Assembly: GCF_009914755.1 (NCBI RefSeq)
Contig: NC_060925.1
Length of the DNA stretch: 64,000 bases
DNA from: the human T2T-CHM13v2.0 reference genome, Homo sapiens
Strand: one strand, 5' to 3'
Part shown: one piece after another, positions 52,320 through 64,000 of the stretch
How the letters are laid out: each line of letters opens with the position of its first letter
How positions within the stretch are numbered: the first letter of the stretch is position 1
Translations under genes and position numbers: made by a program
The notes under the pieces: generated by a model
What the model was told of the DNA's origin: nothing
The model's database searches: none
What the model saw: only the letters and a program-made list of their open reading frames with translations

Positions 52320-52890
52320 TGTAACCGCCTGATGGGTTCTTCCTGACCAATGTACACAAAAATTCAATTCATGGAGACCATGGTACTGCAGGCAAGAGTT
52401 TCATTGACACAGGCCAGCCATGACATGTGGGAGACAGAGTTATTACTCAAAGCAATCTCACTGAAGGCTTGGAGGTAAGGGGTTTTTCAAAGATAGTTTG
52501 GTGGGGAGGGGGCTAGGGCTTGCGTGGTGCTGATTGTTGGGGATGAAATCACAGGGGCGTGGAAAATGGTCCTCCTGCATGGAGTCAGCTTCTGGGTGGG
52601 GGCTAAGGGACTGGTTGATTTTCGGGCCAGATGGTGCCTTCCAGCAGTCAGAAATGCAAAAGCCTGAAAAGACATCTCAAGAGGCCAATCTTAGGTTCTA
52701 CAATAGTGATGTTCTTCACAGCAGTAATTGGGGAAGCTGCCAATCTTGTGACTTCTGGAATAATGGCTGGTAATTATTTAACGAGGCATACATCTTAGTA
52801 GAAATCAGGCCCCTTTCATCCTTCTAACTTGGTAGCCTTTCATTCATTTTACAGGGGTAATTTAGTTTTGGGGAAGGTTATCATTTAAAG
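52320..52890 (-). mobile_element. LTR8-like (ERV1) LTR fragment
   Basis: tgtaaccgcctgatgggttc terminus and LTR8-like body. Confidence 0.65.
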
Positions 52891-52900
52891 CAGCCTTTTT

Positions 52901-53060
52901 GGCTGTCCTCAACCTTTTTGTCACCAGGGACTGGTTTCATGGAAGACAATTTTTCCATGGAAGGGGGTGGTGGATGTTTTCCAGATGAAACTGTTCCACC
53001 TCAGGTCATCAGGCATCAGTTACAGTCTCATAAGGAGTGCGCAATCTGGACCACTCACAT
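52901..53060 (+). mobile_element. MER1-like hAT DNA transposon fragment
   Basis: caacctttttgtcaccagggactggtttcatggaagacaatttttcc...gatgaaactgttccacctca. Confidence 0.75.
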
Positions 53061-54029
53061 GAGCTGTATCACCACGCAGCTCTCACTCCAGCCTCAGATA
53101 TCAGCAAGACCTCACCAAAGATTACTGTTTAATTGTCTCTGTGTGTGTTTTTGTTTGTTTCAGGTAACAACTAATGTTGGAACTATGAAAAGCTCTTCTC
53201 TACTTTTAACAAAGCTTAGTCACAAACAGTTCCCCAGTTGATAAGAAAAACTAAAACAACAGAACAATTGAAAGTCCGAATCTGCAAGTTCATCTCTGAG
53301 AACCGAATTTTACAGCCACTCCAGATTTGTACTCCAAATGGATAGTTTGATTGTAGAAATCACATCCCTTCAGTCTGCCAATGTGATAACTGCCCAAGAG
53401 AAAGTGATGCCTACATTCATAGATAATCCCCTTTCCCCCATCCTATATATAACTGGAGTCAACAGCAGCTGGAGGAAAATGGCAAGAACTTGGAATCAAG
53501 ATTAGGTTAGAATAACACTGCTGTAGACAGTTTATCAGCTCTTCAGCATATGTCCATTTTCCTTGAAGGATGAGCCTTTAGAAACCTCTGACAATAAAGT
53601 TTATTTTGCATCCATTCCCTTGCCTATGATTTTTTCATACAAATCACAATTATAAAACTTTCTTGCTCCAGCTAAAAGCAGGAAACTCAATCATGAATGT
53701 GTTCACTAAATATATACCACAGAATGATAGCAACCAGTCTGAATGCATCACTTGATTCCAAAATTAAATGTTAGCCCTCAGGGGTGCAACTACATGTATC
53801 TCCAACTCTGGAAGCCACAGGCAACATATTCCTGTTTCCTTGCAGGGAAAGAGATCTATAAGCAGGGTGGCAGTCTCACACGTGTACATTCCTGGGAAAC
53901 CCAAGGAAACAATGATAGTGATGCAGGGCAGGCAAGCCCCCAAACTGAAAGACTTTTGCTAATGTCGTGATTGGCTTTCTATGTTATTGGAAGACTGAGA
54001 TCTCCATGAGGAATGAAGATAGGTAATGC

Positions 54030-55915
54030 CTAAGGCTGAGGCATGACCTCACTGGGTCACCTTAGCTGTGAAGTGAGGTCAGTTGTCACCTTGCAAACCT
54101 TTTGGTAATCCAAATCTTGGAATGATTTCTTTAAGAATTTAGACACTTCCAGTACTTTTCCTGTCCTTGTGGGGAAAGCTTCTATCCACCTGGTGAAAGT
54201 GTCTATAAATACTAGCAAATCTTGTAGTTCCCTGTAAGGTGGCATCTGGGTTAAGTCTGTCTGCCAGTCTTCACCATGGTATGTTCCTTGGTGTTGTACA
54301 GGTTTAAGCAGGGATCGGGGTATGGGGTGGCTTCCTGAGTGGTAACCCTTTTTATAGTTTGGAACAGTCCCTTCCCGAAGAATATTTAGGAAACTAATTT
54401 GAATGGAAAATCCCGTCCCAAATGTGAGGAATCATGAAAATGTTTAATTATTTCCCATCTGTCAGCCTCAGGAATAGAGTTTGTTCTTTTCTAGCAACCA
54501 TCCAGAGGGGTCTCCCTGGAAGCCTTTTACTCAGTCCCTTTAATTTCCTTAGGGGTATAGTATGGTGTCACTGACACGGATGGAGTACCTGGTAGTAGCG
54601 CAGCAGCTTGAAATACCAGGGTTTCCTTAGTTGTGGCCTTAGCTGCTCTTTCCACCAGGGAATTTCCTCTAATAATAAAAGTGTCTCCCTTCTGGTGTCC
54701 CCTGCAGTGAGTAATTGTTATTTCTTTGGGAGTTGGACAGCATCTAAAAGTTCCAAGATCTGAGTAAAGTTGTATGGGGCATCCCTTGGCTTTTGATAGT
54801 TCCCTTTCCTTCCCTATGGCTGCATGAGCATAGAGCACCAGGAACCCACATTTAGAGTCAGTCAACACATTGACTCTTGAGGGTTTTGGTTTTCTTCTTC
54901 TTTTTTTGAAACAGAGTCTTGCTGTGTCGCCCAGGCTGGAGTGCAGTGGCATGATCTCAGCTCACTGCAAACTCGGGGATTCTCATGTCCCAGCCTCCCA
55001 AGTAGCTGGGATTACAGGTGCCCCCCACCACACCCAGCTAATTTTTGTATTTTTAGTAGAGACGGGGTTTCGCCATGTTGGCTAGGCCGGTCTCGAACTC
55101 CCAACCTCAGGTGATCCACCCACCTTGGCCTCCCAAAGTGCTGGGATTACAGGGGTGAGCCACCGTGCCCAGCTTAAGTCTTTTCATGGTTGGAAGGCCC
55201 TAATTAGCGCAGCTAATTCTGCTTTTTGAGCAGAAGTCTGAGAAGGTAAACCCTTGGCCTCAATGATTTCTTGTTGGCTAAGCTTCCTTTCTTACTCCCT
55301 CATGAATATAGCTATTTCCATCTCTAAAGCACTCAACATTTGGGTTAGACAAGAGCTTGTCTTCAAGGTTGGGCCTTCTAGAGTAGAGCTCTTCCGTGGT
55401 TTCCACACAGGAGTCAATGAATTGGGGAGCTCTTTCTTGAGACGTGAGGTGCAGCAACAGAGTAGCAGGGTTTAAAAATCAGCATATTTTCAGGGTAACA
55501 TCTCGGGTGTCAAGCAGAAGGGTCTGATATTTAAGTAACTGGCCCTCTGTTAGCCATTGGTGTACTTTTGCCTCTAGGACCCTCTGTACTGTACTTCATG
55601 GGGTGGCAGGGGGTGGGGGTGGGGTGGTATGGCATCTAATTGTTGTCCCAAGGTAAACTTAGTGGTTTCTTCTAACAATAGAGTGATGGTAGCCACAGAT
55701 CTCAAGCTTCCTGGTCACCCAGCTGCCACCTGGTCTAGCTGTTTAGAGAAATAAGCCACTGGTCCAAAGTTATTCCTCAGTCTTTGAGTTAGAAAATCCA
55801 AAGCTGTCCCTTGTTATTCATCCACATAGAGGGTGAAAGGTTTTTCTAAGTCTGAGAGTCCTGAGGCAAGGGATGTCCCTGGCTTTTCTTTTAAGGCTAA
55901 GAATGCCTTTTGACA
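54030..55915 (-). mobile_element. Degenerate ERV1 pol (RT connection, RNase H, integrase), interrupted by an Alu (~54885-55172)
   Basis: Minus-strand peptides VAYFSKQLDQVAAG; [24 protein letters not shown]...HCRGHQKG...GNSLVERAAK; VFIDTFTRWIEAFPTR. Confidence 0.85.
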
Positions 55916-57180
55916 GGTTCCAAGCTCCGACTCCTGGGTTCACACCATGCTCCCACCTCAGCCTCCTGAGTAGCTGGGACTACAGGCGCCCACCACCACA
56001 GCCAGCTAATTTTTTGTATTCTTAGTAGAGACGGGGTTTCACTGTGTTAGTCAGGATGGTCTGGATCTCCTGACCTCCTGATCCACCCGCCTCGGCCTCC
56101 CAAATTGCTGGGATTACAGACGTGAGCCACCGCACCCGGCCAACAATTTTTTTTTTTCTTTAATGAACAGAGCATCAGTGAATGATAGTGCAAGTTTAAG
56201 ACACCTAATAGACAAGTTAAAGGAGTCCTCCAGGCAGAAGGAAAGTGACACGGGATGAAAATCTGGATGAAAAAAAAAAGACACTAGAAATGACATCTAC
56301 AAAGGCAAATATGTAATTTTAACATCTGACTGTTTAGCCGGGCACGATGGCTCACGCCTGGAATCCGGCACTTTGGGAGGCCGAGGAAGGCGGATCACTT
56401 GAGGTCAGGAGTTCGAGACCAGCCTGGCCAATATGGTGAACCTTCCTCTCTATGAAAAATTCAAAAATTAGTCAGATGTGGTGGCCCAAGCCTGTAATCT
56501 CTGCTACTCAGGAGTCTGAGTCAGAAGAATGACTGGAATCCGGAAAGCAGAGGTTGCGGTAAGCCAAGACTGTGCCACTGCACTCCAGCCTGTCCGATAG
56601 AGTAAGACTCGTCTTAAAAACACCACCACCAACAACAAAAAAAACCAAAAACAAACAAACAAAAACACATCTGACTCTTGAAACAAAAGTAATAGAGATG
56701 GATTGTAAGGTTTATAACAGGTGTAAAGTAAAATGCATGACACTAGCATAAAGGCAGGGAGAGGAGTCATGTGAAGAGGTATGATGCCACTTGAAGGCAG
56801 ACTGTGATGGGTTAATTTTTGTGGAAAGCAAGGCAGAATTTTTGAAGTTTGTGTCTTCAAATACTTTGTTTCCCATACATACAAGCTAGTTTGTGCTGCA
56901 GAGATCTTATTTTCTAGGAGGCTCGAAGGGGGACCTTCTGCTGTCTGTCCTCATGGGATGCACAAGACACAAGGGAACAGTCTTTCACTTTTAAATACAG
57001 TGATAGGTCTGAGGAGATAGATACAACTGCATTTTTTTTTTTTTTAAATGAGATGGGATTCTCACTGGTCTTGAACTTCTGAGCTCAGTGGAGGCTTCCC
57101 CTACGTCGGCCTATCAAAGTGTTGGGATTAATAGGCGTGAGGCACTGCACCCGGCCACAACCACCAACATTTAAAAATCA

Positions 57181-57254
57181 CGTCCTTGGGTGGTCTCGAA
57201 CTACCAACCTTCCGGTTAACAGCCGAACGCGCTAACCGACTGCGCCACAGAGAC
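57181..57254 (-). tRNA. tRNA-Asn(GTT), variant with stem mismatches (possibly low activity)
   Basis: GTCTCTGTGGCGCAGTCGGTTAGCGCGTTCGGCTGTTAACCGGAAGGTTGGTAGTTCGAGACCACCCAAGGACG; T5 terminator at 57173-57177. Confidence 0.9.
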
Positions 57255-58283
57255 AACGTCAATTGTCTATTTTCATCTCTATATACATTAAGCAATCACA
57301 AAACCCTAGGGGTTGCCATTCGCTTTCTGCGGGACAACTGTGCAGACTACAAAGCTTCGGAAAACCGGAGAGGCTGAGTCGACTAATCGTCTTGCTGCAC
57401 GTTAGAAACGCGTGCATTGCGTGACTCTGAAGCCAGGAGGGCGGCCGAATGGCCTTCACCCTGCGTTCACCCTCGCCTGCTTCAGAAGCCAGTGCCTCTG
57501 GAAATGCCTGGATCTGCGACCCCAGCCTGAGCCAAGTGGGGCCCAAGGGAAGCTGAACTCCCCGACGGCTCTCACGGTAGCTCTTTCTGTTTTTTTGCGC
57601 CGCCTTCAGGCAGTCATCTGCTCCGCTTGCTCTCCCTTCACTCAACTCGGCTTCAGTAGATGGGGTCGGTGGGGCGGGAGCGGGAAAGAGGCAGGGGAGT
57701 CAAAAGGGAAAACGTGAAAAGGAGGAGGGAGAAGCAGGGGAGACCAGGACTAGACAATGGGACAGCCCAGGATGCCCGTGCAGAGGGCACCGGCTGGATG
57801 CAGAGAAGATGGGACATGTATCAGAATGGAGAGGGGGAAATGGGGAGAAGATGTGAGAGAAAATCACAAGAACCTGTAGCTGCCCAAGAATAAAGAAGTA
57901 AAAATCGCATAATGTTTTTACATTAATAAAAATAAAATCGGGGGACCAGGGGCAGTGGCTCATGCCTGTAATCCCAGCACTTTGGGAGGCCGAGGTGGCT
58001 GGATCACTCACTTGAAGTCAGGAGTTCGAGACCAGCGGGACCAACTCTACCACAAATACAAAAATTAGCTGGGCGTGGTGGCGCACGCTTGTAGTCTCAG
58101 CTACTCAGGAGGCTGAGACAGGAGAATCGCTTGAACCTAAGAGGCGGAGGTAGCAGTGAGCCGAGATCGTGCCACTGCCCTCCAGCCTGGGCGACAATGC
58201 GAAATTCTGTCTCTCAAAATATATATTTAAATAAATAATAGAGGGGTGGGGAAGCAAAACGATGGGCAGTAGGTGTGGGGCGC

Positions 58284-58355
58284 CTTGGGATTCTCTAGTG
58301 GTTAGTAGTCTGCATTGTGCCTGCAGCAACCTCTGTTCTAATCGGAATCCTGGTA
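58284..58355 (+). pseudogene. tRNA-His(GTG) pseudogene
   Basis: Colinear 72-nt match to tRNA-His (TAGTGGTTAGTA, TTGTG, GCAGCAACCTC) with a degraded acceptor stem and B box (TGTTCTAATCG). Confidence 0.8.
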
Positions 58356-58842
58356 CAGTCAGACTCTATCTTGGACCCACTGGGGCGAACCCACGTGTCT
58401 TTTGGTTTGCTTTTGATTCCTGCAGCAGCTGCGGCCTTTATCTGCAGCCAGAAAGCCGGAAAGCAGGGTTTACCGCTGGCCCCACAGCGCCATACTGTCT
58501 GGGGAAAAGAAGGAAACCCAAGAGTACACAAACGACGGCCCAAAGAGAAACCTTCCAAGTGCTCTATGCCTCACCGTTTAGCAGAAAATATCAAGCAACT
58601 CTCAACCTAGCTGGTCTGTAGCTTCCACGAATGAAATAATGTATTTATTGCAGTCTTTCTGGTTGAGATATTTCAAATATTTGGTGGAGCTTTTAATGAG
58701 AGAGAGAGACACTCTCGAGTGTGGAAGAAAAAATGAGGGGATGTGAAGATGAGGCGACTTTAGGACAGAAAAAAAAAGAGACAAGCCATGTAAACGTTTT
58801 CGGGTGGGCGTGAGGCGATGTCAGTCTTGAACCCCCTTATGT

Positions 58843-58990
58843 CAGGTAAAGAGCGCAGCCTCTTCTAGCACAAACACCGTTTCCCACATGGAGGAAATCA
58901 CAGGAATCAGCAACTCTAGAGTGCGATGAAGAAGCTTCACTCTGGGAGAACCCCCTTCGTGACCACGGTCTCTCCCTTGCCAGGTAAAGT
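58843..58990 (-). pseudogene. Diverged near-full-length U1 snRNA pseudogene/variant
   Basis: ACTTTACCTGGCAAGGGAGAGACCGTGGTCACGAAGGGGG...ATGTGGGAAAC...; deletions around the Sm site and stem-loop IV. Confidence 0.85.
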
Positions 58991-58999
58991 GGAAATGAG

Positions 59000-61750
59000 C
59001 ACATGGCCTGCAGGGACAGCACAGCCTCCTCGCCCTGGCCGGTCGCTCAGGGTCACCCCCCTCCCCACTGCCGCCCCTCGCCAGTCTTCCAAACCACTCT
59101 CCACCAAAGATTCCACCGACAGTCACCCCACAAGACAACCCAGGCCGCCTCTCAGCAGCGGCTCCCGCCCCGCAGCCACCGCGCCCTCTCACCCCCCCGC
59201 GGTTCTGCCCGCCGCCGCTGCCGAGTCTGCGCACTTCACCTCCCTGGCTCCCGCTCTCCCCTGAGCTTACAGTGGACTCGGGGTTCTTCCGAACCCCTCT
59301 TGGGAGTACTGAATGGAAAAGGGGGAGCGTGCGCAAGTGTTTGGTAGAGTGTAGACGTCGTGGGATTTGACTGTGGTACCATCGCTTCGACGTCCTAGTG
59401 CTGATTTTTCCACCTGCCTTCTGCTTAGGGCACCGGCAGCAGTTTTCCATCTGTGCCTACTCCACCTGCTGTCCTTGTTGGGTCAGCGAACATCGCCTCC
59501 CTCTACCGCTCAAACAGCAAATGGGACCGCCCTCGAGGACCTCACCCGCCGCTTACCCCCCTAACAAATTCGCGGGCATCGCCTCCGGTCGCCTCTTCCC
59601 AAGGCCTAACGAGCGCCTTCGCTGGCAACGGAGGTGAGGAGGCTCCGCTGACTGGCTGGTGCCCGTGTCCGGGGCTGCCACAAACGCCACGACTTGGCTT
59701 GGCCTCTCTCTTAGTTATTCGCAGCTCAGCCCGATGGGCGTCTCCGGGGTGGCGACGGGAAAGAAGGTGGGCTTATTGGGTGCAGCTCCACGGGGGCTGG
59801 CATCTCTGCCGGGCTGTGTACACCGGAGGGAGACGCTCAGTCGCTCTCTAAAGCTGCTCCCACGGATGACGGACACGGAGATAAATAGGAATGGTGTGTC
59901 GTGAGAGGTGGTCCACCAGCACTTGCCCTCCTTCGCCCGGCTTTAACCCCGCTGCGGAGACTGTTCTGCTTCTGGCCCTTGGAGCAGGCCGGCTGACAGC
60001 GTAGTGAAGGAAGATTCCTGCGGGAGGGCGGCCAGTGTAAAACGATTCCCTGACCGGGAATCGAACCCGGGCCGCGGCGGTGAAAGCGCCGAATCCTAGC
60101 CACTAGACCACCAGGGACTCGCAGGAGGGAGCTTTCTCTCCCTTCTTCCGTCAGAAGCCACAGCTTCCCTGAGCTCTGGGAGGACTTGGGCCTTGTGAGG
60201 GTCGCTCTTTGCTCCTGGAGTCTCTCACAAGGCCATTCCCTCCCTGCTTTCTTCAAAAAAAGAGCCTGCAGGCGACACACCGAGGGCTCCGCGAGGGACA
60301 CCAAGGCCACGAGTCCCGAGTCCTGGAGCGAGTTACAGCGACCCGGCCGCAGCTCACCACTGGACTAGAGATGCGCCTTTGCGAGGTGGCAGCAAGTGAC
60401 CAGCCGGTCGTGGGTCGCCAGGTCCGGAGTCGCGCACCAGGTTGCCAGGAGGAGGCGGGAGCGCGGAGGCGCCCGGGGTGAGATGGGGGCACCCTCTGCA
60501 TCATAAAGGACCCAGACGCCAGCACCCTCAACGTCATAAGGAATCAGACGGATGCGGAAACCGAGACCGGCTGGATGGGAAACTCTTTCCAGGAAGGCTC
60601 CGGGGCCCTCAGCTGGTCTCCGACCTTCCCCTGCAACCTGTGACACCTGCCATTTTCCCATCTTAGGCGATGGCAACGCCACCCTTCCGTTTGCTCCGGG
60701 CAAAACTTCGAGAGTTCCCTCTGACGCTGGAGATTTTTCCTCAGATCCAAGAGCCAACTGGTCATCAATTCGTGATTTCCCATCGGCTAAGTGCGTGGGC
60801 ATTGAGCTACACGCGAGTCTCTCCACCTCTGCGGAATGGCTACTTCGGGGTAGGGGAGGGGCCCTCCCGTGGATTGTAAGGTGTTTAGCAGCAGCCGTCG
60901 CCTCCGCTGACTAGATACATGCCAGGGGGTTAGCATTCTCCCTCCCCGCTTCCCCCATTCGTGACCTAGTGTCCCAGCGGGGATGGGAGAGGCGTGTAAG
61001 GGCGAAGTTGCCCCCTCTTGAGAACCACTGATGCGCGTTGTCCTGCTCTGAGCTTGTGCAGAGGACTCTCCACATGAAGGCTCGGGGTCAATCCAGCTTG
61101 AGACCCCCTCGCTCCCCCGCACAGTCGGACCTTAGGATTGGAGATTTTTAACATCTCTGCGTCATGAGATTCGAAACCTTTAGGTCTTTTCTTCCGTTCT
61201 GTCCTCCAAATCGGCCTCTTCCGAGCCTGTTGACCAGGGCCAGCCAGGCAGAGGGCTGGGTTCGCTCAACGAGGCTCCTCTCGGCCCTCCTGGAGCTTCA
61301 GGCCTCTTTCGGTTGCAGAGAAGCTTTATGGGTCACTTCCTTCGGCATCCCCGGGGGCAGGTGCGCGGTGCCCCTGGAAGAAGAGGGTTTGACCGCGGTT
61401 CTCGACCCCCGGTGCCCAACTTCCACCGCGGTGCGCGCGCTCTTCCAGGCTCCTGCTGGTCCCACTGGCCGGGAGTTAGGTGTCGGGTCAGCCTGAGTTC
61501 CCGAGACGCCCAGGCCCGGAAGGACGCGTAGGGGAAACCAGCTGCTCACTTTGGCCTTGTCCGCAACGGACCCCTTTCTGCTGGGAAAGAAAGGCGGCGA
61601 GTCCTGTCCTGTTGGGTAGGTGGAAGAGAGATCAAAGGGAAGACAAGAAAAATCCTGGGAGGTTTCAGGATCTAAAGTTACCATGAAGTCGACCTAACCT
61701 CCTCTGGAGGTCCTCCCAGTCCTCCCGTGGCTGGCGATGGTGAATCGAGT
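59000..61750. promoter_or_regulatory. CpG-rich region around tRNA-Glu and upstream of the U1 pseudogene
   Basis: High GC/CpG and no recognisable repeat; may act as a lncRNA promoter (inference). Confidence 0.6.
60046..60117 (-). tRNA. tRNA-Glu(TTC), intact
   Basis: TCCCTGGTGGTCTAGTGGCTAGGATTCGGCGCTTTCACCGCCGCGGCCCGGGTTCGATTCCCGGTCAGGGAA; intact A and B boxes; T4 at 60039-60042. Confidence 0.97.
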
Positions 61751-61910
61751 TTCCGTCTCCAGTTTGCCAAGGCGGACAAAGCCGACACAATGGGCCTGTC
61801 CACTATCTTCTTTCATATACACAAAATGTCAGCTCTTCCTGTTTCTGACTGGCAATATCCCGCCTGATGACCAGCTTAGCAAATTAGAGACCCTGCACGG
61901 GACTTCATCT

Positions 61911-62150
61911 CTGTCTTAGTTCGGGCTTCTATAACAATGTACCATAAACTGGGTGGCTGATTCACAACAGAAATTGATTTCTCACAGTTCTGGAGGTTGG
62001 AAGTCCGAGATCAAGGTGCCGACGTGGTAGGGTTATGGTGAGGACCTTTGGTCTGGTTGTAGACTGCCACCTTCTCATTGTATCCTCAGGGGGCAGAAAG
62101 AGGGCGAGAGAGCTCCCCAGGGTCCCTTTTATAAGGGCATTAGTCCCATT
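61911..62150 (-). mobile_element. MLT1 (MaLR) LTR fragment
   Basis: tgtcttagttcgggcttctataacaatgtacc...tctcacagttctggagg...aagtccgagatcaaggtgcc. Confidence 0.8.
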
Positions 62151-62329
62151 CAGACTAATGGGACTAAATCCAGACTCTGTGCTGAGTGTTGTGGATTTTT
62201 TGCATGTTCATCCTCCCCGCAGGCAACTGGAGATGTATTGTCCCCAGAGGGTACAATAGAGAATCTTCCGTCACAAGTCAGCAACCAGCATATGTGAGTG
62301 ACAGCATGTGTCCCACTCAGAAATGAGAG

Positions 62330-62679
62330 TGTATTAGTCCGTTTTCATGCTGCTGACAAATACATAACAGAGTCCAGGACCAAAAAGAGGTTTAATTGGA
62401 CTTACATTTCCATATGACTGGGGAGGCCTCAGAATCATGGCGGGAGGCAAAAGGCACTTCTTACAAGGCAGCAGCAAGAGAAAATGAGGAAGAAGCCAAA
62501 GCAGAAACCCCTGAGAAACCCATCAGTTAGTGAGACTTACTCGATATCAGGAGAATAGCACAGGAAACACCCGCCCCCATGATTCAATTACCTCCTCCTA
62601 AGTCCCTCCCACAACGCATGGGAATTCTGGGAGATACAATTCAAGTTGAGATTTGGGTGAGGGCACGGCCAAACTATAT
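62330..62679 (-). mobile_element. THE1 (MaLR) solo LTR
   Basis: tgtattagtccgttttcatgctgct...gagatttgggtg...ccaaactatatca. Confidence 0.9.
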
Positions 62680-62739
62680 CAGAAAGGGATGAAGTGACAG
62701 CATATCCTGATGTGTGTGATGGTTTCATGAGTTATTATC

Positions 62740-63260
62740 TATTTCAAAATTTATTGCAATGTGTGGAAAAGAACAAGGACTTGTACTATCTGACTTTAAG
62801 GTTTACTATAAGCTATTAGACACAAGGCATCAGGAGTGACAAACGGATAAACAGCCTGAGTTAGAAGACCTGAAATTGATCCACAGCTATACGGTCAATA
62901 AATGGGTTTTCAATAAAAGCAGTTCAATAAAAGAAAATAAGTCATTTCAATTAATGAACTTCTATATGGATGTGGGGAGACCAACAATGTTATTCTCCCT
63001 CACACTACACACAAAAGTAATTTCAGCCGCATTACTTAAAAGTTAAAGATATGAAGCATTTCAAGGATACTTTGTGACTTGTTGGCAGGCAAAGATTAGC
63101 CTACCAACAAGCAGGACACAGAAAAAATACATATATAAGAAAGACATGATAAATGAGACTTCATCAACATTAGCCACACCTTCTCATCAAAAGATACCAC
63201 TAAGAAAGCGAAAAGGCAAGCTAGCCACAGACAGAGAGAAAATACCCACAAAACGTATCT
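62740..63260 (+). mobile_element. Old L1M ORF2 fragment
   Basis: A-rich; ctatctgactttaaggtttactataagcta; caaaagataccactaagaaagcgaaaaggcaag. Confidence 0.6.
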
Positions 63261-63815
63261 GACCTCCACACCCTGCAATTATAATTATAGTGGTCTGGTA
63301 CACTGCACCCAGTTTCTGCTGGATGGAGTATTTTCTGGGTGTCTCTAATGAGTAAGAGAGGGCCCCATGGGATATTCCTTCAGTTCCCAGATGAACAGTG
63401 GGAAAGACTCCACATTGACCAACCTCGGGGGCCTGAAAACCCAGGTCCTCAAGGAGGGTAGAGTATACCTGGACCCTGACCCAGACCCCTGGATGGGCTG
63501 TGCCAAGAGACCCAGCAAGGGAAGGGATTTCCTCCTGCCTCAGGTTCTCTGTTCTTCTGTGGTTAGACCACCTGAACCCAACTCCCTCCCCAAGCACTAG
63601 AGATGGGCTTTTCCAAGGGCTGGGGATCTTGCTGTCCTGAGGACAGCTGAGCAAGGGGGTCGAGGAGGAGCTTGGGTTGTGGAGGAGAGGAAACCGGGTA
63701 AGATGCGTGAAGCAGTTGGCTATACCAGGCACAGAGAGGACCCACTGGGACCCAAGAGCCTGCATGTGAAGCCAGGCCTTGGGCCACCTTGTCTGTCAAG
63801 GGGGTGCCTACTTCC

Positions 63816-64000
63816 ATGGTGTCTTCAAAGGGACTGTGGAAAGAGAGGCCTTCAGCCCACACCTCTGAATGCTTTTCCACCACAGCATGCCCTGTGGCCT
63901 TTATCCTGCTGGTGTGGAACAGTCAGACCCCTGCAGGGCTGCAGAGCCTCTGTACTGGGCGGCATCCCAGCCTGAGTGCCAGAGCTCAGAGGGCAGGCCC
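63816..64000 (+). CDS. FAM231C: FAM231-family single-exon ORF, 5' part (runs off the window; dubious coding status)
   Basis: MVSSKGLWKERPSAHTSECFSTTACPVAFILLVWNSQTPAGLQSLCTGRHPSLSARAQRAG matches my recollection of the FAM231 N-terminus. The paralog letter is uncertain. Confidence 0.65.
   Translation, partial: MVSSKGLWKERPSAHTSECFSTTACPVAFILLVWNSQTPAGLQSLCTGRHPSLSARAQRAG

Noticed and set aside
61120-61190. Possible extra tRNA or B box (gagattcgaaacc followed by a T run)
   Set aside because: Does not fit GWTCRANNC on either strand, and I could not build a cloverleaf.
58842-61700. ORFs of 110-200 aa around the tRNA-Glu CpG region
   Set aside because: Low-complexity GC-driven ORFs overlapping RNA genes, with no recognisable family.

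Overview
This is primate genomic DNA, almost certainly human. It is a segmental-duplication mosaic whose gene content matches chr1p36.13 (CROCCP2 / MST1P2 / RNU1 / tRNA region). In order: (1) a minus-strand, intron-containing CROCC (rootletin) pseudogene, with 12 exon remnants at 2.4-16.8 kb and 4 more 5' exons at 40.0-40.7 kb; (2) splitting it, a block from the 3p21 RNF123/MST1 head-to-head pair (RNF123 exons 1-3 on minus, a CpG-island promoter, and a full 18-exon MST1 pseudogene on plus with stops and frameshifts), followed by an AT-rich block I cannot place; (3) a small-RNA cluster with an intact U1 snRNA gene (PSE, DSE, 3' box), two decayed U1 copies, a variant tRNA-Asn(GTT), a tRNA-His pseudogene and an intact tRNA-Glu(TTC); (4) the start of a FAM231-family ORF at the window edge. 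The rest is Alu, L1, LTR/ERV, MIR and MER repeats. I see no intact conventional protein-coding gene, no CRISPR array and no prokaryotic system. The most interesting signals are structural: a captured RNF123 promoter pointing into CROCC exons (candidate chimeric transcript), an intra-exonic micro-inversion, compensating frameshifts and residual long ORFs in the MST1 copy, and an LTR-split U1 relic that keeps flank homology. Gene names and parent-gene comparisons come from my recall of human sequences, not from a database search. Repeat boundaries are approximate.
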